Source: Thalia democratica (taxonomy: Eukaryota). From it: a stretch of DNA of 64,000 nt. Within the stretch, counting starts at the first letter, position 1, and every line of letters starts with the position of its first letter. Location of the stretch: contig OZ241834.1 of the NCBI GenBank assembly GCA_965202585.1, positions 30,938,001-31,002,000 of the forward strand, read 5' to 3'. The notes beneath the pieces were generated by a model. The model was given only the letters and a program-made list of their open reading frames with translations. It ran no database searches and was not told where the DNA came from. A program made the position numbers and the translations under genes. This document shows, piece after piece, positions 50,001-62,000 of the stretch.

Positions 50001-53000
50001 CCAAGACGTACAGCCTCAAAGGCTTGCCCGCCCTCACGTTGACCAGCTTCCGCAACGAGTCGTCCAACTGCAGCAGCGGAGTCGATTCCACGTCTGCCGC
50101 AGTGACCGGGTTGTGCGTCTCCGCGGGCTCCTCGCTCCTGCCGCACGAGTTCACCGCGAAAGCTCTGAACACGTACACCTCGTTCGGCGTCAAACCGCCG
50201 ACCACGTATTCGGTGTTGACGATCTGCGAAGTCGGGATTGACGATTTCCACTCCAAAGCGGTGGAGTTGACCGCGTGCTCGAGCGCGTAGCCCGTCACAG
50301 CGCTTCCGCCGTCGAACAGCGGAGGCTCCCACGTCAAGCTGACGCTCGTTTTCGATTTGTCGCTGACCCTGAAATTGATCGGGCTGCCAGGCACGAAGGT
50401 CGGCTCCTTGACGCTCACCTTGCTACTTAGCTCGCTGAAGTCGCCCATGCCCACCTTGTTGCACGCCGCCACCCTGAAATCGTACACCGCGTCGCCCCGC
50501 AGCTCGGTCACCCGCATCTGCTCGTCGTCGACGACCCTGCCCTTGTTGCAGTCGACCCACCTCGACCCTTGCGCGTCTCTCTTCTGCAGCACGTAGTTGG
50601 TGATCGGCGATCCGCCGTCCGACGTCGGTTTCTCCCACGCCAGTATGACGGAGCTGCTCGAAACGGAAACCGTCTTCGGCTTGCCCGGTCTGCCCGGCAG
50701 GTTGAAGCTGTCCCTGGCGACAAGCGGTTCCGACTGCAGCACGGATCCCCTGCCGAGGTCCGTTACCGCGAACACCCTGAAGATGTACTCCCTGTCCTTG
50801 ACGAGGTTGGACACCCGGCAGTGGGTGCTGGTGCATTTTGCTAACACAAGCGTCCAGCTCAACCGGGACGTCTCGCACTTTGACACGGTGTAATACTTGA
50901 CGTCCGAGCCCCCGTCGTGCACGGGTCTCTCCCATTTCAAGATGCAGCTGTTGGACGTGACGTTCTCGAACTTGATAGGACCCTTTGGCGGTCCCGGGCT
51001 GTCCAGAACCTTGACTTTGACAACAGCCGAGTGTTCTCCTTTGCTGTTGACGGCTGTTACTTTGTAGGTCGACGCGTCGTCCCTGGTCATCTTGTTGAGC
51101 TTCAGCGTCGAAGAAGTCCTCGTGGTGGATATTTCCGCGCGGTTGTTCTCGGCCAGATCCTCCGCGTCCTCCCTGCTCCATCTGATCTCCGGACGGGGTC
51201 TCCCCGCGACAGAGCTCGCAATCGCCAGCTGCTCTCCGGCTTCGACGACGATCTCCTCAACATCGACCTGGACCTTGGGAGGTTCGGGCACGACCTTGCA
51301 CAGGACGGGGCCGCACACCTCGGACGGCGGCCCGCTGACGCCGCGGCTGTTCCTGGCGGTGACGCGGAACTCGTAGCTGTCCTCGCGCACCAGCTCGCAC
51401 GCGCGGTACTCGCAAACGTTCACGACGTCGTAGTTGCACTTCTCCCACCTGCCGGCCGGCGCCCGCCTCTGCTCGACAAAGTAGCACGTCACGGGGGCGC
51501 CGCCGTCGTTGGCGGGGGCGCGCCACTCGAGGTACATCGACGACCTGAGCATTTCCACGACCCTGAGGTCGGTGGGCGCTCCGACTTGCTGCACCGCGAC
51601 GAAAGTCTCGCTGCTCAGGCTCGGCTCGCTCAGCCCGGCGTCGTTCTCCGCAACTATCCTGACCTGGTACTCCAATCCTTCGGTTAATCCTGTTTTTAAT
51701 TGTTTAGTAAACAGTTGATTGAATTTAAATGTACTTTTAAAGAAACTATGTTTAGTAGTTTGTAAGAAATATACAACTTTAATACTATTTATAGGTTTGT
51801 CTAAAAGTTTATAGTTTTTTAATTCACGCTAGATAGGTGAGGCCTCTGCAAGTATGTCGAGTTGCTTAATTTTGTTAAACTACAAGTAGTGTTTTAGTAA
51901 AATTTAATTATGCTTAAGTTAAATTTTATTACTTTTTTTTAATGCTAGATACCTCTACAAGTGTGTCGATACTTTCTGAAGCTCCTCTCGTTCATCCTCC
52001 TCCACATGATGTTGTTCTTCTCCTTCGCCTCCACAAAGTACCCCGTGACGGGCGCCGTCGTCTTCGGCGCCTTCCACGACACCTCCGCCGTCGACTGCGT
52101 CACCCTGCCCACCTCGGGACGTTCCACGGCCGGCGGTTTGCCGTAGCTGAAGTCGGTGGTGACCTTCTGCGAGACGATCGGCTCGCTGCAGCCCAGCTTG
52201 TTCTCGGCGCTGACGCGGAACTGGTAGGCGTTGTGCCGCTCCAGTCCGGTGATCTTGTACAGAGTTTTCAAGGTGCAGCAGGTCACCGACGACCAGTAGT
52301 TGTTTCCGACCTTCTTGTAATCGACGTTGTACCCGAGTATGGGGCAGCCCCCGTTGTCGTTGGGGATGTGCCACGCCAAAGTGACGTTGTCGTGGTCGAC
52401 CGCCATTATTTCCACGGGGCCTGCCGGGGCCTTGGGCGGGCTGAGGACTTCCAGGCTCACGCTGTAGTCTTTGGAGCCGCACTTGTTTGTCAAGTTGAGC
52501 TTGTAAGCGCAGGTGTCAGAACGCCTTAAGTCTTTTATTCTGAGGACAGTGTCGGTATTAGACGACTTCACTTTCACTCTCTCGTCATCTTCCAGCTCTT
52601 CTTTTCTGTCCGCGTACTTCCAGCTGACCACCGGTCTCGGCTTGCCGGAAATCGGAACCAAAACTCTCAAATTCTGCCCGGCCTTCATGACCAGCTTCTC
52701 GCGGCCGCTGAAGTTCGCGCTGGGCAGCTCCGACTCGTCTCTGATCAAAACGGAAACGGCGCTGCTCGAATCGCCGGCTCCCATCTCGTTCAGCGCCTTC
52801 ACGCTGACGTCATACATAGCGTCGTTTTCCAATTGGTCGAAAGTGTGCGTGAATACGTCGGCGGGAATCGGCTCGCTCGAGATGACGTTGCTTACGTCAC
52901 CGGTCTTGCAGACTTGGGCGACGTATGAAGTTATCTTGCTGCCGCCTTCGTGTCGAGGCAATTGCCAGGAGAATTTGACTCCCGTCTTCATGACTTCGTC

Positions 53001-56000
53001 TATGACCACTCTTGTGGGCGCCGACGGGGCTTGGGACGCCTTGACGGCTTCCTCGGTCTCGCGCGAGTCTCCCACTCCGTACTTGTTCACTGCCGTCACC
53101 CGGAAGTTGTAGCTCCTGCTCTCGGTGAGCCCCGTCACCTTGAAGAAGCTCCTGCCGCAGTCGTGAGTCAGCTTGCTCCACTTCTGCTGGCCGACCTCGC
53201 GCTTTTCGACGACGTAGCTGTCAATCGAAGCGCATCCGTCGTGTTCAGGCGAAGACCAGGAGAGCATGACGGATTCCGACTTGACCTCCTTGCACCTTAT
53301 CTCACCGACCTTGCCGGGCACGCTGAAGACTTTCACGGTGAAGCTGAGCTTTTTGGTGCCGACGCTGTTGGTCAGAGTCAACGTGTACTTTCCTAGATCT
53401 TCGCGCGTGCAGTTTTCGATTAGCAAGATTGTTTTACCTTCAACAGTAGTTATGCCCACTCTCGAAGTGTCAATTTCCCCATCCGATTTGCTCCATTCGA
53501 CCTCTGGATGCGGCGTTCCTTTGAAGCACACCTGCAAGCAGACGTCTTGCCCGGCGAAGACCGCCACGTGCGACTTGAAACTGTCGTCCAACAGCAGCTC
53601 CGGCGCTTCCATCTTCTCGGTGATGTGGACGACTTCCTTGTACTGGCAAGGTTCGCTGCAACCCGCCGCGTTGATGGCCTTCACCCGCAGCTTGTACTTG
53701 CCGTTGGGTTGAAGGTTGGTCACGGTCAGCTTGTTTTCGCAGGTCACTTCTTCCGCCGCCACCCACTCGTCCACGTAGTCGGCGTCCGACTTTTCCACGG
53801 CGTAACCGCTCACCTCGCTTCCGTTGTCGTTCAATGGGGGCTCCCAGGCGACTGTAGCACTTTTGCAGGTCGTTTCGAGAACCCTGAGGACGACGGGCGC
53901 GCTCGGAGGGGAAGGCGGCATCTGGCACAATATCACGGGAGAAACTGCGCTCGGCAGGCTCCTACCCGCCGCGTTCACCGCGTAAACCTTGAACTCGTAC
54001 GACGATCCCTCGCTCAGACCGGTGACGCGGTACTGCAGGTCGTCGAACAGTTCTTCGTTGCATCTCGCCCATCGCGACCCGCTGTTCTTCAGCCGCTCGA
54101 CGAAGTAGCCCGTGATCTTGCTTCCGCCGTCTTCCAACGGCCTCTCGAAACCGATAGTTATCGAGTTGAAGTGCGTCCTGAGGCACTCGGGTTTCCCCGG
54201 CGCTCCCGGAACTCCGAACATGTTCCTGGCCGTCATCGGTTGCGACTGCAGCCACGGACCCATGCCGTGCTTGTTCACAGCGTTTATCCTGTAAACGTAC
54301 TCCCGGCCCTCTTTCAGGTTGCTCACGCGGCAAGTCCTCACCTCGCACTGCTTGTTGACGACCTTCCACGAGAGCTTGGAGGTGTCGCACCTCGAAACCA
54401 CGTAGTACAAGACGTCGGCACCGCCGGTGATCTTGGGCGCGTTCCATGACAAAACGCACGATTTATTTGTAATGTCTTTAATTTCCACGGGTCCCTCCGG
54501 TTTGTCCGGGGAGTCGATGACCAGAACTTGTACTTTGGCCGATGATTCGCCGCTGGCGTTTGACACGGTCAGCTTGTAGCTGCCGCCGTCCCACCTCGTC
54601 ACTTTCTTCAATCTCAGCTCGGAAGAGAGCCTGGTAGTGGTCACGGTCGACCTGCTGTCCTCGGTCAGGTCCTCCTCGTCTTCCTCCTTGACCCACACCG
54701 CTTGAGGTCGCGGTTTTCCTTTGATGCTCGACTTGAGCACCAGCGTCTCTCCCGACTCGATCTCGACCTTCTTGTCTTCGAGAAGTTTCACCGTGGGTTT
54801 TTCCAGTTGGTTTCGGGAAAGCACCGGGCCGCAAACTTTTGAAGGCAACCCGACGGTTCCGCTCGAGTTGCGGGCGAAGACCCTGAACTCGTACGAGCAC
54901 TCTCTGATCAGACCAGTGACCTTGTAGTCGCACGTCAATATGCTCTCGTAGCAGGGACTCTCCCACTTTCCGCTGGGCAACAACCGCTGCTCGACGATGT
55001 AGTTGGCGATCTTGCTTCCGCCGTCCTCCGGGGGCTCCTCCCACTCCAAGTACGCGCACGAGTTGTACACTTCCACGCACTGCAGGCTCCTGGGCGGGCC
55101 CACTTGCAGGATGGCGAGGAAGGGTTTGGACGGTTGGCTGGGTTCGCTGTTTCCTGCCTCGTTGACGGCAACCACGCGCACCTGGTACTGGAGTCCTTCG
55201 ACTAAATCTGAAAAAAAAGTTTATCTTAAAAAAGCACTCATGAACTTTACTGTAGAGTTAACAGTTCTAAATCTGAAAGAAAGAGTTCGTTACATTTGTA
55301 TTAAGATAATTCGGAACTTTTTTATACAGTTAAAAAAGTTAATTTTGTTATTTGTTGTGTATATTAAAATTTATATATTAAGACGTTACATTTTAAAAGT
55401 TAAGTAAACAATGGAACTTTTTTTGTTTGTTAATTTTCTTTATATAAGAGTTTTTTTCAAACCTTTTATGGTGTAGGTGCTCTTAGCAATCAGGTTCTTG
55501 TTTTCGCGTTGCCACGAAACGGCGTTCATCTCCTTAGTTTCCACGTAGTAACCGGAAACGACGACCCCTGAAGCGGGCATTGACCACGATGCCAGCGCCG
55601 ATTCCGGCCTGATCTTGCTCATGATTGGCTGTTTAGGCTGCGGTGGCGGCGCTGTAGTAAGAACAGTTAATTATTGTAAAAAAAAATATACTATTACAAA
55701 AGTTTAAACTATAGATTTTATTTATTATTTTTTTACAGCAGTACCAGTCAGTTTTTGATTAATTAACAGAAGCTTAATCTATTTAATTAAAATATGTAAC
55801 TCACCGAAAGCGAAGTCAGTTGTGACAGTTTGAGACAGAAGTGGTTTTCCTGCTCCGAGTATGTTCTCGGCTATCACCCTGAACTGGTAGGCTTGGTGTC
55901 TGCGTAACTTTCTCACCTAGATTAAAAGTTTAACGTTAGTATTCGTTAAAACTTTAAAATTTTCAATTAAATAGTTAATCAAAGGATTTCTATTTTAGAA

Positions 56001-59000
56001 AACCAACAAAGTTGTTTCTGCACAATAAAACTCTAAATTACTTTCGAGATACTCTCTTCTTAAGTATTCTACGATTACTTTCAACGTCAAAGTATTAATT
56101 ATTTGCAACTAACGCTGATGGTGGTCTTGGTGGTGCAGGTTGTCACTGACGACCACACCTGGTTGCCATACTCCCTGTAGTCGACCACGTACCCGGTCAC
56201 GGGGCTTCCCCCGTTGTCCTTGGGCGGCTGCCACGAGATCTTCACGTTGTCGACCTCGATCTTCAGGAAGTGTATCGGACCTCTGGGTGCTTCTGGAACA
56301 TCTGAAAAAAACAGGAATTCTTAATTAAATGGAAACTTTAAAGATTGTAAAAATGAAATATCATTAATGCAGGCGTAAGATGTTCAATCAGTTAATATTC
56401 CAATTTTATCAAAACTATCCAAGCACATCAACATGAACCAAGTAAAAACCGAGCTTGTAAACAAGTTGAGAACTTTAAGATTTAAAACAATAAATAGTTT
56501 TATTTAAATTTTTACACAACATCTGTAAAAACTTGATCACGGAACGTTATAAGATATATTATAACAAAAACCATAAATATACGTTTAAAATGTTCAGTTG
56601 ATAATATCAAAACTCTATTCAAAACTAACCAAGCACGTCAACTTGGATGTTATACAAGTTCGATCCCAGCTTGTTCTGCACGCAAAGTTGGTATCTTCCG
56701 CTTTCGCTTCGCTGGATGCTCTTCTTCTGAATGATCGCTTGTTTGCTGCTTGATTCAATCTTGAAATCATCTAAATAAAGATTGAAAATTATATAGCTTC
56801 AAATTTTAAAAGTGTTTGTGTCAGTACTCAATAACTTTAGTTTCTTTCAAAAAAAATTTAAAATCTAAAAGTTGTGGTGAAAAGAAGTATTTTATTTTTA
56901 CATTACAAATAAAAAATGCTTGAAACTGATGCTATGCAAGGGTTAAAAAATAACCTGTGATATTGTTGTCATTCCATTTCCAGAAAGCTTCTGGTTTTGG
57001 TTTTCCGAAAATAGGTACTGTAACTTTGAATTCTGAGCCGCTCTTGATGTTTATTTGCTCTAAACCAGTTATGTCTGCAGTTGGTATTGCTGTAGAAAAA
57101 TTTTTTTTAGTAACACTTTTAATATAAACTTAGTAATACTTAACTTATTGAGAGTTAAACAGAATTGTAATTTACTAGAATAAAATTCTTAAACTTTGTT
57201 AACCAGTTTTCGTTCTCCTTAAATTTATAAAATCAAAACGTTGGTATAGCTATGATAAAAGATACAGTATTTTTACTGTTTTAATAAAACCTTTAATATC
57301 AAACAACTAACAAGTGTCGTCCCTGGTAACGACAGAAGTGACGGGTATGCACGCATCTCCGTCCCCTGCCTCGTTGGTCGCCAACACTCTGACGTCATAG
57401 GCCGTTTCCTCCTTCAGCCCGGTGATGGCGAACCTGCTGACGTCACCCCGCACCCTGGCGTTCACGGCGAACTTCTCCTCGTCGCTCTGTGACGTCTCGA
57501 TGACGTAAGACTTGATCTTGCTGCCTCCGCACTCCTCCGGAGGCGACCAGCAAACAGTGATGCTCGTCTTGTTGACCTACGAGAAGTTAATAAGGTTAAA
57601 ACAAAACAAAACAAAAAAATGTATGTCAGAACTAGAAGTTACTGTTGTAAAACTTTAATTGAAGGCAAATAAGTGTAAAGAAGTAAAAAACTAAACCTTA
57701 TTTATTTTCAGTTAAATAAGAGCTAAAACAAAAAAAAAAAAGTATCATGATGAAACGTATTATAAATTAGTCACTTACCTCTACAACGTCAAGGTTTTGA
57801 GGTGGCGACGGAACCCTGGTTATCTTGATCGACTGTTCGGTTTCCCTCGGCACTCCCGCTCCGAGCTTGTTCACCGCGGTGACCCGGAACAGGTAGTTCC
57901 TGCCCTCCACCAGACCGCAGATCTTCAAAAACGGCCTGGGGCAGTCCACGGACACTTTCTCCCACCGCTGGTCCACGACGTCGCACTTTTCGACGACGTA
58001 GCTCTCGACGGGGTGGCATCCGTCGAACAAAGGTTCCGACCAGCTCAGCGACAGCGACTCCTGCCGAACGTCTCTGGCCCTGATCTGTCCGACCTGGCCC
58101 GGGGTGTCCAGCACTTTGACGGTGTACGTGAGCTTCTTGGTGGAAACCTTGTTGGTGGCGGTTATGGTGTACTTGCCGGCGTCCTCTCTCTCGCACCGGT
58201 CGATCACCAGGGAGGCGGACACGGAGTTTATGTCTATGATCGCCTCGGCGTTGATTGCAAACTCTTGTCGGTTCCACTCCAACTTTGGTTGGGGTTTGCC
58301 GAAAACGTTCGCTTTCAAGCTGAGAGCGCTGCCAGAGTGTATTACGACGTGCGACTTGAAGTCGTTTTCAAAGATAAATTCAGGTTCCTCCAAACGATCA
58401 ACTGCTTTGATGAAGTCGTTGCACTCGCATGGTTCACCAAGACCTGCCTTGTTTACTGCTTTTACTTGTATTTCGTACACATTGTTTTCCTCCAATCCGT
58501 CAACAACCATTTTACAGTCTGTTACTGGTGTCTTATTGACAATAAACCACTCAGCACTGTCTGTTGCGTCAAATTTCTTCTTTTCAACTACATAACCGGT
58601 AACTTCACTTCCGTTATCGTTCAGTGGAGCTTCCCAGTCAATTGTAGCTGAATTCTTTGATGTGTCAACCAACCTTACAAGACATGGAGGTCCTGGTGGT
58701 TTGACTTGCAGTCTGCACTCAATTGGTTTCGATACTGGACCTGGTAAACTAATACCAGCAGCATTCTCTGCGTATACACGGAACTCATAGAAAGCTCCTT
58801 CAATTAAGCTAGTTATGCGGTACTGAGTATCTGTTATAGGCTCGTCGTTACATTTAGCCCATCTCTGGCCCTTGTCCTTGAGCCTCTCAACGTGGTATCC
58901 GATAACTTTACCACCACCGTCGCTCTCAGGCTCGTTCCACTTGATCGTGATCGAGTTGAAGTGAGTCCTGGTCGGTTCCGGTTTGCCGGGAGCGTCCGGC

Positions 59001-62000
59001 ACGTTGAAACCGCACTGAGCAGTCACGGGTTCGGAGGTGAGGTAGGGTCCGGTGCCGCGCTCGCTCACCGCGTTTATCCTGAACACGTACTCGCGGTCCC
59101 TTTCCAGGTTGCTGGCCCGGAACACCGTGGTTTCCGATTGGTCGTTGACCACGTGCCAGCTCAGCTTGGACGTCTCGCAGACGGATACGGTGTAATATTT
59201 CACGGTGAAGCCTCCGTCGTATAGTGGAGGCTTCCATTTAAGCAGGCAAGATTTGGCTGTGACCTGGCTTATTTCTACGGGACCTTCCGGTTTTCCTGGC
59301 GTGGTCAGCACTTTGACTACAATTGAAGCGTCAAAGCTACCTTCTTTGTTGGACAGCGACACCTTGTAAGTTCCCGCGTCGCTCCTGTTGACTTTTTTGA
59401 TCATGAAAATTGATTTCGTTCTCGAAGTTTTGATCGTCACTCTGACGTCGTTGACCACGTCTTCCTGGCCTTCCTTCACCCACACGACTTCCGGTTTCGG
59501 CCTGCCTGCGACGTTAGCCTCGATGACAAGGTCCTCGCCTGCTTCTATTTCAATGTTTTTGTCTTTAGTAGCGAAAGTGCAAGACGGTTTCTGCAGTACG
59601 ATCTCGCAGAGCACGGGGCCGCACACTTCCGAGGGCTGGCCGAGGGTTCCTGTTGTGCTCAGGGAGAAGACCCTGAACTCGTACGGGGCCGACTTCATCA
59701 GCTGACCCACCTCGTATTCGCACCCGGACACAACCTCGAAGTTGCACTGCTCCCACCTGCCGTCCGCTAACGCGTGCCTCTTCTCTATGACGTAGCTGGC
59801 CACCTTGATGTTCTTGTCCTCGACCACGGGCGGCTTCCACTCCAACAGCATGGAGGAGTTGGTGACGTCAGCGACCGTGACGTCAGTGGGGGGTGGAACG
59901 ACGTCGAGCGCGAAGAAGGATTCGCTGATTTGGCTCGGTTGACTTTCTCCCGCCTCGTTTGCCGCCACCACGCGGACATAATATTGGAGGCCATGTAGCA
60001 AATCTGTAAAACAAACGTTTGATTTAATTTTGCTTAGTTGTTGGTGCTTTTAGACTCAAAAGGTTTTACTGTTTTTGTTTTGTAAACTAAGTTATTGTAA
60101 TTTCCGCAAAAAAGTTTTTGTATTTTCCTTACGCTAAAACTCACCTTTTATTTTGTAGTTGACTTTGAGTATGGAGTTTTTGTTCTGTCTCTCCCACACA
60201 ATCGAGTTGCTGGACTTCACTTCGACAAAGTATCCCGAAACTACGCTGTTCTTCGAAGGTTCCCAGTGAACCGTCGCTGAATCGTGAGTTACTTTTCCGA
60301 CAACCGGTCTTCCTGGCTGGCTCGGCGGTTCTAATTTGATATAATGTAAGTTTAGAATCAAACAACTCTCTTATTTCGTGTTTCATTAAGTTGCCAGAGT
60401 CTTATTTATAGTTTAAAGACTCTCCTAAATCTGTATCACTTAAGTGTATTATTTAACGACTTGCTAAAAATGCAGTCTAACAAAATTTACTGAAAGATAA
60501 TTGTAATAATATTTAAAAAAAGAAACAAAACAAACCGTAGTTGTAAGCCGTTGTGCACTTGGCAGAAACGAGCGCCTTTCCGCAACCAATCACGTTCTCG
60601 GCGATCACTCTGAACTGGTAGCTGGCGCGCTTGCGAAGGTTTGAAACCCTCAGCGTGGTCTTGGCCGTCAGCGCGGTCACTGGCGACCAGACTTCCCTGC
60701 CCCACTCCCTGAAGTCCACCGAGTACCCGGTGATGGGGGATCCCCCCGTTTCGGTGGGCGGTTGCCAGGCAATCTTCACGTTGTCGATGTCGATTGAAAC
60801 GAGCTGCAGCGGACCGAGTGGTGCGGACGGGATGTCTAAAATAATTAAAATGTTTTGTTATTAATTTTACTGAGTGAATTTTAAGTAATTGTTTTTTTTT
60901 GTGCTTTTTGAAATATGAAACTTTTTTGCAAACTATTTATAGGTATTTAGCATTTTTAAACAAGTTAAATAAAATAGTTTGGAGCTTCTTACCCAACACT
61001 TTGACGTTTATGTTGTAAGATTTAGTGGCAACAGAGTTGGTGAGTGTTAGTTTGTAAGCTCCTGTGTCTTTCCTCGCGACTTCTTTGATGTTAAGTGTCG
61101 TGGATGATGAAAGATCAGTTGTTTTAACTCGGTTGTCTTCTGAAATGTAAAAAGTTGCTAAAATCTTATTCTTTTAATTCTTTTAAATACTCAAGTACAA
61201 AACATTTACCAATAACGTCCTTTTCATTAAACTTCCAATCGACAGTCGGTTTAGGCAGTCCGGCAACCGGTACTGACAAATTTAGTTTTTCTCCAACTTT
61301 AAGTGTCAAGTTTTGGATTCCTTGAACATTTGCCGTTGGTTCAGCTAAAAAAATTGTTTATAAAGTCGATGCTTCCAATTGTATACATTTACAAACTAAA
61401 ACTCTTGGCTTAAAAATCTTGTTTTAAAATTTTGCAAATTTTAATGCTAACCGCCAATTTTGAAACTAAAAATTATGATTTATTTTGTTTTGAGGTAGTA
61501 CGACAACTAAAAACCTTATAAAGAGTTTTATAACATAAGACTATGAAAAAAAAATCATTTGCGTAGCCCGATGTCCAAATATATAATTTTTTGACCATTT
61601 TTTTAGCTTCAGTTTCCATATTGTAATCAACAAACTAATTTATACTAACACGTGTAGTCTCCGGTGAGCACTGACGCGAGAACGTCGCTCGCCTGCCCCG
61701 TTCCTTCCGAGTTGACCGCCGAAACCCTGACGTCATACCTCGTTGCGTCATCGAGCTCGGTTATCTTGTGCGACCTCACCTCTGACGTCAACTCGCCGCA
61801 CGCGACGAAGTCGTACACTTCTCCTTGCGACTTCTTGACGACGTATCCGGTTATCCTGCTTCCGCCGTCGTGCTTCGGCGCCACCCAGCGGACAGTTATG
61901 CTCGATCGAGTGATCTGTGTCAGAACGATTTTAATTAACTGTTTTAAAGTGACTAGCGTAAGAGGCGGATTTTGAAACTATTATGATAAAATGTAATAAG

